A stretch of 64,000 nt of DNA from a virus. The translations under genes and the position numbers were made by a program. This document shows, one piece after another, positions 26,768 to 36,726 of this stretch (its first letter is position 1; each line of letters begins with the position of its first letter). The stretch spans positions 32,001 through 96,000 of the IMG/VR virus record IMGVR_UViG_3300028182_000001; one strand, 5' to 3'. The notes under the pieces were generated by a model. That model saw nothing but the letters and a program-made list of their open reading frames with translations. It was not told the DNA's origin and searched no databases.

Positions 26768-28177
26768 ATGGTAGTTAGAGCAACAGGTCAGATAACCCTT
26801 ACTGACGTAAACGATGCTAAACAGTTAGTCTTATATTTAAACAGTAATTACAAAACACAGATTTACGATCCAAACGGAGCAACATCATATACACCACACT
26901 TCCCAACTTCTAACCTAGTAATGACTCCTGAGTTATACGTAGCAGGTGGTAATGGTGGTAACATGCTACCATCGGCAGCAATCAAGTCACTATTTTGGTA
27001 TGAAGGTTCCCAAACGGTTACACCTTTAGCCGAGACAGGTTCAGGGACAACACCTAGTGGTTTAACTTACTCACTACCAACAGGGGCAGTAGGGACGACT
27101 GCAAAGCCGTTAACGATTAAGTCTAACCTAGGTTCTTCAACAACTTCACAATTATTTACATGTGTGGTTACATACCTAGACCCTGACTTACAGATGGAAA
27201 CAACGCTAAAAGCTAGTATTGACATCATCAAAATCGTAAACGGTACGGCAGGTTCTAACGGGGTTGACTCTTACTACCTAAACCTTTGGGCACCAGGTGG
27301 AGATGCTATCCGTAACAGTAATGGTAACTTAACATTAAAGGCTGATATGTACAAAGGTGCAGGTGCAGTTACACCTACTGCTTACCAGTGGTATATCCAA
27401 GACCCTACGGCTACAGTCGGTGGAGGAGGAGACGCAGACGGTGGAGCAGGTTGGAGACGTATTAACAACGTTGCAGACCCAACTGCGGCCCCAACGTTAG
27501 CACTAGTTGCTAATGCAAGTTCACAACTAGCACCTGCAACGTACTTCGTTAAGTACACATGGTGTGGGCTATCAGGGGAAACAATCGGATCGGCACAAGC
27601 TCAGTTAGCCGTAACCGCAGGTAACGATTTAAGAGTTACAATCCCTGCTTTCGCAACGAACGTTACAATGGCTAAAGTGTATATCGGTACTGTATCAGGA
27701 ACTCTATTCTACGCAGGAGATATTACAACAAGTGCAGGTAACTTAGTCGTTAAACGTTACGACAACACGGCTGAACCGATTCCAACTTCTTCTAGTACGA
27801 GTATGAACGTGGCACAAATCACGATCCGTAACTGGGCTATCCCAGGTGTTAAAGGATTCAAGTGTGTAACTACTGTAGCAGGTACAAGTACGAAGTTCAC
27901 GGCAGTTATTGTTGTACGTGACTTCCAAGACCCGTTAGTAGTTAACATCATCGGTACAAACGTATTCAAGAACGGACAAGGCTCTCTAACAATGAATGCA
28001 CAATTGATTCAATCGGGTCTAGTAATCTCGAATACAGGTTACACATTCGGATGGTCGTTGTACAAGCCTGATGGTAACTTAATCAAGACGTACCCTGCTG
28101 TAACAGGAGACCAAATTACAGTACCAAGTACAGATGTAGACGCTACGGCTAACTTAGTAGTGGACGCATCTAAGTAG
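26768..28177 (+). CDS. Tail fibre-associated protein with Ig-like modules
   Basis: Thr/Gly-rich beta-strand composition; RATGQITLTDVND N-terminus. Confidence 0.7.
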   Translation: MVVRATGQITLTDVNDAKQLVLYLNSNYKTQIYDPNGATSYTPHFPTSNLVMTPELYVAGGNGGNMLPSAAIKSLFWYEGSQTVTPLAETGSGTTPSGLTYSLPTGAVGTTAKPLTIKSNLGSSTTSQLFTCVVTYLDPDLQMETTLKASIDIIKIVNGTAGSNGVDSYYLNLWAPGGDAIRNSNGNLTLKADMYKGAGAVTPTAYQWYIQDPTATVGGGGDADGGAGWRRINNVADPTAAPTLALVANASSQLAPATYFVKYTWCGLSGETIGSAQAQLAVTAGNDLRVTIPAFATNVTMAKVYIGTVSGTLFYAGDITTSAGNLVVKRYDNTAEPIPTSSSTSMNVAQITIRNWAIPGVKGFKCVTTVAGTSTKFTAVIVVRDFQDPLVVNIIGTNVFKNGQGSLTMNAQLIQSGLVISNTGYTFGWSLYKPDGNLIKTYPAVTGDQITVPSTDVDATANLVVDASK

Positions 28178-28186
28178 TTAAGCTCG

Positions 28187-28196
28187 TATTATATTA
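28187..28196 (+). promoter_or_regulatory. Putative late promoter (TATTATATTA)
   Basis: One mismatch to consensus; intergenic. Confidence 0.55.
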
Positions 28197-28215
28197 TAAT
28201 AGAGATAGGTAAGAC

Positions 28216-28248
28216 AAAGGAACTTAGCGATAAGTTCCTTTTATTTTT
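28216..28248 (+). terminator. Terminator-like hairpin between putative promoter and fibre gene
   Basis: AAAGGAACTTA-GCGA-TAAGTTCCTTT followed by TATTTTT. Confidence 0.75.
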
Positions 28249-28264
28249 AGAAGGATGTGATTAA

Positions 28265-31200
28265 ATGGCAAAGTACAAAGCTACAGGTCAGACGACTATT
28301 TATAATATGAACGATGTACTTGCATCGCTAACTCCACCACCGACACCTACAGAAGGTGCTCTATGGTTGAATGCAAAAGATAATCAATTATATGTTTACA
28401 TAAAAGGTTCTTGGGTAATTTCTGCCGATTACAAAAACTGGGTGAACTCTAAAGGGGATAACCTTGTATCTAACGGTGGAGGTTCTTTAGGAAATAACAC
28501 CAACTTCAGTGTGTTCGAATTTGACGGATCGGACTCTTATTCAGGAGGAGGTTCATTCAAGGATAGTGGGGCCGCAAGTCAGAAACTATCTGATGAGATT
28601 ATCCCTATCGACATGAGTAAAACGTACAAGCTATCTGTGTGGGCTAAAACGAACCCTAACGTAGGAGCTAAATATTACATTGGTGTGTTCGAACATGATA
28701 TGGATGGTCAACCTATTTATGCAGAGCATCATATGTACATTAAGAGTACATTCTCTTCATTAACGCAGGATTTAAAGAACGGGGATACAGTCGTATACCT
28801 AGACAATGTAACAAACTGGTTAAACACTGCGGCCATTCACCAAAGAAAACTAATCTTTTGGGACTACGTAAGTAATACGGGTTACAAATACCAACCATTA
28901 ACTTATTCTCGACACGTATCAATTCAAGACTTGTGGGCAGATGGCTCTATTAACACGACTAACAAAACGATTACATTGAAGGCTCCTTGGAACGGTGGTC
29001 TAGTTAAGTCAGGTACTAAGTTAAGTCAAGGTAGTAGTGGCTCAGGGTTCAAGTACATTGCGGCATCTAACGTAGTCATACCTGGTACTTGGACAAACTA
29101 CTCAGGTACTATCGGTAATTTAGATAACTCAGGAGATGCTGCAACAAATAGTTTCTCATGGGGTACTGCTGGTGTAAAAATCGGGTTCTTAAACAACCGT
29201 GACGTTACAGGAAGTACTGTATGGTACTCTAATATTAGTTTCGGTCTTAACGTTGCAGACCAAGGGCAAGTGGATCAGATTAGCGACTCTCTAGATGCGT
29301 TAGGTAGCGATGGTAAGATTACTCGTTTCGAACGTAGCTTAGTCCGTGGGTATATCGCAGATATTATTGGTAAATTCTTGAATCCTGCCGACTCTATGCC
29401 TACACTATTGGACATTGACAAGGATACATACAACGCAGGTAAACTGTATGCGATCCGTAGAACTGCACGTAAGATTGGGTTAAACCTAGCTACGAGTGCA
29501 AACTACAAACCAATGGGTGATGCGTATTCCGCTTTAGTAACATACTTGTCAGGACTATCTCCTAAACCTTGGGATACTAGCTCGACTGCAAACATCAACA
29601 TCGACAGAACCGTGTGGAACACGAAATGGAATGACTACTACAACCGTTACGCTCTATTCGAAATCGAGGTTCAGGATCGTCAGAAAGAGTACACGGAACA
29701 AAAAGTAGGAGAAATGAAAGACGAGACGATTGCGGCCATTAGTACGGCAGGTAATCACGATACTGTTAACTACACTAACCCTGTAACTGTTAAACCACCT
29801 ATTGCGACTTTGGGACTCCCTGAATTTGAGGGTAATCATACGGATAGTTGGGAATTACCTGGTCAAAACTTAATACCTAAGACAGACACAAAAGTTTACG
29901 GACTAGGTAACTTCATCACTAATGGTAGCCCGTTAAGTATAGACAACACAAAGGTGTACGATGGGAAACCGACAATAAAAATAGACACGACAACGAGTAT
30001 AGGGGGAATTAAATACAACGGTTTCATTCCGTTGAAACCTAACACTACCTATACTTATAGCGTTATGATGAATCCTACGGTTTCTCCTGTGACTAGCAGT
30101 AGTAGCCCTATGCACATGTGGTTAAGTCCAGATGGTATAAACTCAGGTCACTTAGAAACTATCGTAAAATACTCGACAACTATACCTGCAAATACGTGGA
30201 CACAGGTATACTCAACATTCAAAACACCTAATGGTTTACCTGTACTTTATTGGTGTCCATTCATTTACTTCTCAGGTAGCCCTGTAGGTGCTATAGTCAA
30301 TGTCTGTAATTTCAAGTTAGAGTTAGGAGACACTGCGAACTCTTGGGCACCTATGCCTAGCGAAATGTGGGCAGGGTCGGGAAACCGTATCCGTCCTGTA
30401 ACAAACCCGTTATTCACTAGCGGAACAGACCTTACTATTTGGGGTAAATTCTACGGGGATGGGACGAATAATGATAAGTTCTACTGGAACACAAATGGTG
30501 TAGCTATTAAAGAGAAAAAATGGATGGATGTTGCTCTTAATGATAAGCAGAACTGGGCGTTCTCTACCAACGGTCTATCGACTAACGGAGTCAACAGAAT
30601 CCTAAACTCTAGTTGTAACAACATGCAACCTTACATGTTTGACAATTCGAGTACAGGAGGTACAGTAGGTCGAGCTACAACAAGTTACGCAGGAGACTAT
30701 CTTGTGCTAACATCTACAGACGCAAGTGATAGTTTCTACCAAGTCGGTACATACGACATGAATTTACACATGTTCACTGTAGGGCAGACAGTTACATTCT
30801 CAGCAGATGTAAACTGTGAAATTGCAGGAGCGTATATTTCTGTTTGGCATAATGACGGAACAAACTGGATTGAGAACAAAGGGGACGCTAACTCTGTAGG
30901 ATCAGCTAACACATGGCAACGTCTGTATAAGACATTTACGATCCCAAGTAACGCAAAAGGGATGTTCGGACGTATTTACTTCCCTAGAGGTACGGCAGCT
31001 ACAGGTAAGAAAATGAACATCCGTAAACTACAGTTCGAGTCAGGAAGTACTGCAACACCTTGGGTTAACACGAGTCTTGTAAAAGTAACTCGTGTAAGAG
31101 CTGATGGTTTTGCGTATGCCAACGCAAACAGTAATTCACTAACAGTAGTTAAATCTGATGGGACGATATTAGATAAGGACGGGCAACTACACGCAAACAC

Positions 31201-32716
31201 ATACTCAACTAGTGGAACTCTTGATAAAATTTGGCTTTCTATTGACAACAACGATAGTGGTTGGGCTGAAGCGTATAGTCCTAGCAAGGAGGATATTAAT
31301 GCTTACTTCTTAGGTTGGAGAGTATGTAATGGTACCTTCGGAGGTCTGTATCCAGGCTCAGGAACTAAGCAGTGGTACCCAGTGGGAGACAAAGATTTAT
31401 CTCGTGCTACTGTAGCAGGTAACACGGCTCCAACAGAACCATCACCTTCAATCAGTGATAAGTCTATCAACTACTACCAAGTTGTCTACCAACTTGTGGA
31501 CGCAGTTCAGGAGACAGTTGATTTTGATGGTATACTAGAGTTATTGGCAAGTGACAACGTTGTAAGTACATACTTCCCTCAGTGGACTCCACCAATCACA
31601 AAAGGGACTATCAAGTATGGTACGAACTTAGCTACAGTCAACCAAGACACACGTTACATCATCCCGTCTATGGTAAAACGTATCTCTAATGCAGAGCAAA
31701 AGATTACAGATGACTCTATCACGAGTACCGTATTCAACTCAAGAGAATACACTCTAGCTCTGAAGAACAAAGCAAACGCTAGTGACTTAGGGAACCTTGC
31801 TACTAAAGACGAACTAGGGAACGTATCAGGTGCAGTAGATGGTAAGATTAAAGATGCTATGGACAAGCTAGACTTCACTCCGTACGCATTGAAATCTGAG
31901 TTGAAACAAACTGCTACAGACATCACGGCTAAGTTCTCTGCAACAGGCGGTATGAACTTACTTAAAAACTCTATCGGTTACAGTGACCTAGACTTTTGGA
32001 CTTTAACTACTGCTTATAAAGTAGAGACAATTGCAAACTCGGCACTAGACAATCTAGGGTTCGGTAAAGGTTTCTATTTCAAAGCCAATGGTCAAGAAAC
32101 AGGAATCCATCAAGACGTATCGGTTATCCCTGGTCAACCTTACACGTTAGGTTGGTACCTAAATAAGATGACGAAGGGTGCCGATACAAGCTACCGTTTT
32201 TGGATTCAAATTCAGGAGTACAACGGTACAGCTTGGGTTGTTAGTAACGGAAACCAAATAGCGGATAACAGTAATGTAACGACAAATGGTTTCGAAGCCC
32301 GTTATATGACGTTCACTCCTGTTAAAGACAAAGTTAGAATACGCTTTATCGGCTACCCACAAGTAGAAGCAATCGTATCAGGTATCATGCTTAACATCGG
32401 AGACGTTGCCCTACAATGGACTCTAGCTACAGGGGAGCTGTACAATACAAACATCCGTATGAACATTAACGGTATCCGTGTATCACAGATTGATGGTAAC
32501 GGAAGTGAAATTGGGTTCACTCAAATCACACCGTACGAGTTCGCAGGATATTACCAAAATAACGGTACATTCGAGAAAGTATTCTACTTGAATGGTGATG
32601 AAACCGTAACGAAGAAGCTTCGAGCAACAAATGAGATTACACTAGGGAACATCAAAATCCTGTCTATACAGAGTGCGAACTCCACAGGTTGGGCGTTCGT
32701 ACCTAACAACACTTAA
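28265..32716 (+). CDS. Large tail fibre / receptor-binding protein with several carbohydrate-binding-like domains
   Basis: 1483 aa; repeated 'GxNL[IL]...Y[TK]xS...W...F.T.....F..[KQ]LE.G..AT.W' galactose-binding-like modules. Confidence 0.8.
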   Translation: MAKYKATGQTTIYNMNDVLASLTPPPTPTEGALWLNAKDNQLYVYIKGSWVISADYKNWVNSKGDNLVSNGGGSLGNNTNFSVFEFDGSDSYSGGGSFKDSGAASQKLSDEIIPIDMSKTYKLSVWAKTNPNVGAKYYIGVFEHDMDGQPIYAEHHMYIKSTFSSLTQDLKNGDTVVYLDNVTNWLNTAAIHQRKLIFWDYVSNTGYKYQPLTYSRHVSIQDLWADGSINTTNKTITLKAPWNGGLVKSGTKLSQGSSGSGFKYIAASNVVIPGTWTNYSGTIGNLDNSGDAATNSFSWGTAGVKIGFLNNRDVTGSTVWYSNISFGLNVADQGQVDQISDSLDALGSDGKITRFERSLVRGYIADIIGKFLNPADSMPTLLDIDKDTYNAGKLYAIRRTARKIGLNLATSANYKPMGDAYSALVTYLSGLSPKPWDTSSTANINIDRTVWNTKWNDYYNRYALFEIEVQDRQKEYTEQKVGEMKDETIAAISTAGNHDTVNYTNPVTVKPPIATLGLPEFEGNHTDSWELPGQNLIPKTDTKVYGLGNFITNGSPLSIDNTKVYDGKPTIKIDTTTSIGGIKYNGFIPLKPNTTYTYSVMMNPTVSPVTSSSSPMHMWLSPDGINSGHLETIVKYSTTIPANTWTQVYSTFKTPNGLPVLYWCPFIYFSGSPVGAIVNVCNFKLELGDTANSWAPMPSEMWAGSGNRIRPVTNPLFTSGTDLTIWGKFYGDGTNNDKFYWNTNGVAIKEKKWMDVALNDKQNWAFSTNGLSTNGVNRILNSSCNNMQPYMFDNSSTGGTVGRATTSYAGDYLVLTSTDASDSFYQVGTYDMNLHMFTVGQTVTFSADVNCEIAGAYISVWHNDGTNWIENKGDANSVGSANTWQRLYKTFTIPSNAKGMFGRIYFPRGTAATGKKMNIRKLQFESGSTATPWVNTSLVKVTRVRADGFAYANANSNSLTVVKSDGTILDKDGQLHANTYSTSGTLDKIWLSIDNNDSGWAEAYSPSKEDINAYFLGWRVCNGTFGGLYPGSGTKQWYPVGDKDLSRATVAGNTAPTEPSPSISDKSINYYQVVYQLVDAVQETVDFDGILELLASDNVVSTYFPQWTPPITKGTIKYGTNLATVNQDTRYIIPSMVKRISNAEQKITDDSITSTVFNSREYTLALKNKANASDLGNLATKDELGNVSGAVDGKIKDAMDKLDFTPYALKSELKQTATDITAKFSATGGMNLLKNSIGYSDLDFWTLTTAYKVETIANSALDNLGFGKGFYFKANGQETGIHQDVSVIPGQPYTLGWYLNKMTKGADTSYRFWIQIQEYNGTAWVVSNGNQIADNSNVTTNGFEARYMTFTPVKDKVRIRFIGYPQVEAIVSGIMLNIGDVALQWTLATGELYNTNIRMNINGIRVSQIDGNGSEIGFTQITPYEFAGYYQNNGTFEKVFYLNGDETVTKKLRATNEITLGNIKILSIQSANSTGWAFVPNNT

Positions 32717-32737
32717 TAACGAACGGAGGACACATAT

Positions 32738-35425
32738 ATGGCAAGTGGCGGTTTTGACTTATCGACTAGTAATACCTACGTCAAAGGTAGGGTTAACTGG
32801 TCTAGTACGGCAAATACAAATGAAAACTATAGTAATGTGTACGTGGAGATGCGATTCTCCCGTACCAACTCAGGGTATACAACATACGGTAGTGGTACAT
32901 TCGGTATTTACGTAGACGGACAAGCAGTAGAGAATACTACAAGCTTCTCAATTACACAGAACTCTAACACACTAGTTGTAAGTGGTACAGTTCGAGTTAA
33001 CCATAATGCTGACGGTACGAAGAACTTTCGTATCGGGGCTAGTGGTTTCACAAACGTATTCAGTATCAACGAAGGTAGTACAACTGCTTATATGGATAAC
33101 ATCCCACGAGCAAGTACTATCTCGTCTAACGTAAGTTGGACCGCAGGAGTTAACAGTTTACCTGTAACGATTAACAGGGCGTCTAGTGCGTTCATCCATT
33201 ACGTAGAGTTACAAGTTAAGAACCCTATTAACGGATCGTGGGCTATTGTAGCTTCACGTTCTAACGTAGGTGACTCTGTAACATTCGATTTCAGTAAAGA
33301 CGAAATAACAAAGATGTACCAACAAATCGTAGCTTACGAGGAAACCCAAGCATGGATGAAAGTTGAGACATGGAACGGTGGAACATTTGTAGGTCGTAAT
33401 GAAAAGTATGGGACTGTATATGCCGCACCTACGGGAACTGCATCATACAACCAATGGGGTTCATTTGATATCGGTCAGAACATTACAGGTTGGGTTAATA
33501 ACCACATAAACGGATTCACTTACAACCTGACAATGAACTTCGGATCATTCTCACGTACTTGGAATAACGTACCTAAGGACTACACTTTATCGTTCTCTGC
33601 TGCCGAGATACAGACACTGTACGGGCAGACATCAACTGCGAATAGCAAGACAGGTACGATTACATGTCGAACACTCTATAACGGAGTGTACGCAGAGGAT
33701 GGGGCACCAGTAAGTAACGTTACTACATTTACACTAAATGTAAAGAGTAGTGACCCGACTTACGCAGGTGGATTTACATACTTAGATACAAACAGTACAA
33801 CTACAACACTAACAGGTAATAACCAATATATCGTACAAGGTAAATCTAAGTTACAGATTAAGTTACCTGCGGCCAATAAAGCTACGGCTAATAATGGGGC
33901 TACAATGTCTCGTTACGATGTTACAGTCAACGGGGTTACGCAGTCTGTTAACTACGCTACGACAGACCTTACGGTTAACTTTAACGAGGTAAACGCATCG
34001 TCAAATGCTACTGCAACAGTTACGGCAGTAGATAGTCGAGGTAACAAAGCATCTGCATCTTCTGTTATATTAATGCTACCTTATTCACCACCTGTTATTT
34101 CAGCTAGTGCGGATCGCTTAAACAACTTCGAGGACTCAACTACGATTAAGTTAAGTGGTTCAATATCTCCATTGACTATCAGCAGTGCGAATAAGAACTC
34201 ACTGACAGTTGTTAAATTCCAAAGAAGACAGGTAGGTGGTACATACGATAGTCCAGGAACTAACTTTACGATTACTGGGAATCCGAACTTCACTGCGACA
34301 GACGTTAAAGTAAACTTAGCTAATACTCTTGCTTGGGAGATTCTAATTACGGCTACGGACAAAGTAGGTTCTACTGTAACGTTAACACGTACGGTTCCAG
34401 TCGGTACTCCAATCTTCTTCATTGATACAGTGAAGAAAACAGTCGGAGTTAATAAGTTCCCTACTAGTGCGGCCAATGGTCTCGAAATAGCAGGTGACTT
34501 GGACGTTGATGGTATAATTAAAGCGAAAGCAGATCAGTGGATGGGTAATAGTAAAGTAGGGTTAGATATGCGTAACTCTGATATGAAAGGGCTAAACGGT
34601 CTATACTTCAATGACGCATCGGAATCAGGTGACGAAGGAATTAACTTCCTACGTTCAGGTAAAAGTGTAGGCTCTACAAATATAGCAGACTACGATAACT
34701 TCTGTCTCTATGACGGTGCATTTAGAATGAACAACCGAAATCTGTTTTGGCAAGAGGGCGGCCAAGCTTCGAACAACATCCGTTTAGCAGGAGATATGTA
34801 CTCACAAACTACAGGTGGGACTATCTTCGATGTATGGGGTAACATTAAAGGTCAGCCAACAGCAACGTCAATCAATACATGGTCAATCCAGGATGCTGAT
34901 GGACAAATTAGATTCCTCTGTGGTATCGGTAAGGGGGCTACAGCGACTACTGAGATTAGGTCGTATAATAGTGGGGGTATTAAGCTAATACATGACAACT
35001 ATTCAGTTGCTTCTTTTTGGCAACAAGGTGGAGGAAATCAACACATTATGCAACTAGGATCAGGTATACTTCAGTATTATAACAACTGGTTCGAATTTAA
35101 GGGACCTGGTAACTCAGGTTGGGGTAATGTGTATGGTAACTGGGTAGCACCTTCGTCAGAAGCTTATAAAAAAGACATCACTGTATTCGATGATAGTGCG
35201 TTATCTTACATACACTCTGTGAAACCTGTACTATACCAATACAAGGAACAAGACGAATCAGAGCCATATACACTAGGTTTAATTGCAGAGGAGTCTCCTG
35301 CAATCATTCAAGGAGCTAACGGTAAAGGTGTTAACGCCTACTCGATGATAACGTTACTTTGGAAAGCCATGCAAGAGATTGACGGAAAAGTAGAAAACAT
35401 TAACAGAAGAATAACACTAAGATAA
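32738..35425 (+). CDS. Tail fibre/receptor-binding protein (siphovirus DUF859-like N-terminus) with C-terminal intramolecular chaperone (peptidase S74)
   Basis: VNHNADGTK...NIPRAST N-terminal motif; C-terminal SSEAYKKDI...VKPVLYQYK...LGLIAEE...LLWKAMQEI. Confidence 0.82.
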   Translation: MASGGFDLSTSNTYVKGRVNWSSTANTNENYSNVYVEMRFSRTNSGYTTYGSGTFGIYVDGQAVENTTSFSITQNSNTLVVSGTVRVNHNADGTKNFRIGASGFTNVFSINEGSTTAYMDNIPRASTISSNVSWTAGVNSLPVTINRASSAFIHYVELQVKNPINGSWAIVASRSNVGDSVTFDFSKDEITKMYQQIVAYEETQAWMKVETWNGGTFVGRNEKYGTVYAAPTGTASYNQWGSFDIGQNITGWVNNHINGFTYNLTMNFGSFSRTWNNVPKDYTLSFSAAEIQTLYGQTSTANSKTGTITCRTLYNGVYAEDGAPVSNVTTFTLNVKSSDPTYAGGFTYLDTNSTTTTLTGNNQYIVQGKSKLQIKLPAANKATANNGATMSRYDVTVNGVTQSVNYATTDLTVNFNEVNASSNATATVTAVDSRGNKASASSVILMLPYSPPVISASADRLNNFEDSTTIKLSGSISPLTISSANKNSLTVVKFQRRQVGGTYDSPGTNFTITGNPNFTATDVKVNLANTLAWEILITATDKVGSTVTLTRTVPVGTPIFFIDTVKKTVGVNKFPTSAANGLEIAGDLDVDGIIKAKADQWMGNSKVGLDMRNSDMKGLNGLYFNDASESGDEGINFLRSGKSVGSTNIADYDNFCLYDGAFRMNNRNLFWQEGGQASNNIRLAGDMYSQTTGGTIFDVWGNIKGQPTATSINTWSIQDADGQIRFLCGIGKGATATTEIRSYNSGGIKLIHDNYSVASFWQQGGGNQHIMQLGSGILQYYNNWFEFKGPGNSGWGNVYGNWVAPSSEAYKKDITVFDDSALSYIHSVKPVLYQYKEQDESEPYTLGLIAEESPAIIQGANGKGVNAYSMITLLWKAMQEIDGKVENINRRITLR

Positions 35426-35439
35426 GGAGTAAATAACCT

Positions 35440-35955
35440 ATGATATTTGATAACTTACCATTGTACGAGAGAGAACTAATCACAAAAGGTTTCGACAAGA
35501 TGGGGCAAGATTACCAAAACTCACTAATGAATGCTATCTCCCGTAAAACAGGACAAGCATTATGGCAAATCAGACCTGAGGATATCCTGAAGTACCACAA
35601 AGACTTAAAGACATCAATGCACAACGAGTTCTGTGAGTTGGCTATCGCAAGTGGGTTTATCGCTACGAACGGACACAGATACCGTACAAATGCAGACGAC
35701 CAAACGAACTTCCTTGGTAAACTGATTTTCTTAATAATGAAGCCCGAAACTACAGAAGTTGGTTGGAAAGCGGAAGACGTAGGAGACTACGTGATACATA
35801 CAAAAGAAGAGTGGTTACAAGTAGCTCTTGAAGGTTTCGCACATAAAGAGGTGCAACTAACAAAGTTCAACGAGAAGACGAAGACTATCAAAGCTGCTAC
35901 AACGCACGACCAAGTAGTGGCAGTATCTTGGAGTGGAGACGGACCGCACAAATAA
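35440..35955 (+). CDS. Putative tail-fibre assembly protein (DUF4376-like)
   Basis: GF...GHRY....DDQTNF...W......IKAATT..V.AVSW pattern; directly after the fibre gene. Confidence 0.6.
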   Translation: MIFDNLPLYERELITKGFDKMGQDYQNSLMNAISRKTGQALWQIRPEDILKYHKDLKTSMHNEFCELAIASGFIATNGHRYRTNADDQTNFLGKLIFLIMKPETTEVGWKAEDVGDYVIHTKEEWLQVALEGFAHKEVQLTKFNEKTKTIKAATTHDQVVAVSWSGDGPHK

Positions 35956-35976
35956 TAGAAACTAATAGGAGGAAAT

Positions 35977-36171
35977 ATGATGGAACAACAACCACAAGGT
36001 AAACCGATTAATCCGAAACACATCGTCAATGAACAGAAGGTAGTCATCTTCGACCTAATGAATGAGAACATCATGCTTAAAGCGTACGTAGCTCAGTTAG
36101 AAGAGAGTGCGGCTAAACTAGCAGAGGAGCTATCTGAGAGAGATATCGACAACGAACCACGAGAGGACTAA
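35977..36171 (+). CDS. Small coiled-coil hypothetical protein
   Basis: 64 aa, RBS AGGAGG. Confidence 0.75.
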   Translation: MMEQQPQGKPINPKHIVNEQKVVIFDLMNENIMLKAYVAQLEESAAKLAEELSERDIDNEPRED

Positions 36172-36189
36172 ATAAGGGGGGAGTAGACT

Positions 36190-36675
36190 ATGACAAATGA
36201 ACCGATCCAATCGGCAGATGTCATATTCTATAGACCTAAGAGTTTCATAGGCTGGGTGATTAGTAAAGTTACTAACTCACCCTATAGTCATGTTGCCCTT
36301 GCTATCGACTCTAACACATTGATAGAAGCCAACAGGTTCATAAAAACAAGAGTCGTACCTATAGAGTATGACAATAAAATCACACACATTTATCGACTAG
36401 ATAATGTGACACAAGAAGAAAGAGATAGAATCGTATCTATCGCATTAAGTTACGAAGGTACGGACTATGACTACGCTCAAATATTCGAGATGTTTGTACG
36501 GATCGTATTTCGTATTAAACGTACTCTATTTAACAACCAACAGAAACTGACATGTTCTGAGGTAGTGGATAATGCTTTCTACAAAGCAGGAGTTAAACGT
36601 AAAGACCTAGAGTTCTTATACGATATCACCCCTGAAGAGTTATTGCATAAATACTCACTACATAGAGTCCTTTAA
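36190..36675 (+). CDS. Permuted papain-like amidase (YaeF/YiiX, C92 family)
   Basis: His before Cys: SPYSHVALAI...LIEA...YDY...LTCSEVV...ITPEEL. Confidence 0.82.
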   Translation: MTNEPIQSADVIFYRPKSFIGWVISKVTNSPYSHVALAIDSNTLIEANRFIKTRVVPIEYDNKITHIYRLDNVTQEERDRIVSIALSYEGTDYDYAQIFEMFVRIVFRIKRTLFNNQQKLTCSEVVDNAFYKAGVKRKDLEFLYDITPEELLHKYSLHRVL

Positions 36676-36700
36676 GCCGAGGTTTCCCTCGGCTTTTCTT
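36674..36700 (+). terminator. Intrinsic terminator overlapping late promoter
   Basis: AAGCCGAGG-TTTC-CCTCGGCTT followed by TTCTT. Confidence 0.8.
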
Positions 36701-36706
36701 ATATTA
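36697..36706 (+). promoter_or_regulatory. Late promoter (TCTTATATTA) for baseplate operon
   Basis: One mismatch to consensus; ~20 nt before ATG 36727. Confidence 0.65.
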
Positions 36707-36726
36707 TAAAAGAGAGGTGATAATAC

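Noticed and set aside
26768-35425. Diversity-generating retroelement or invertible tail-fibre switch
   Set aside because: No reverse transcriptase, recombinase, template/variable repeat pair or inverted cassette was recognised in the window.
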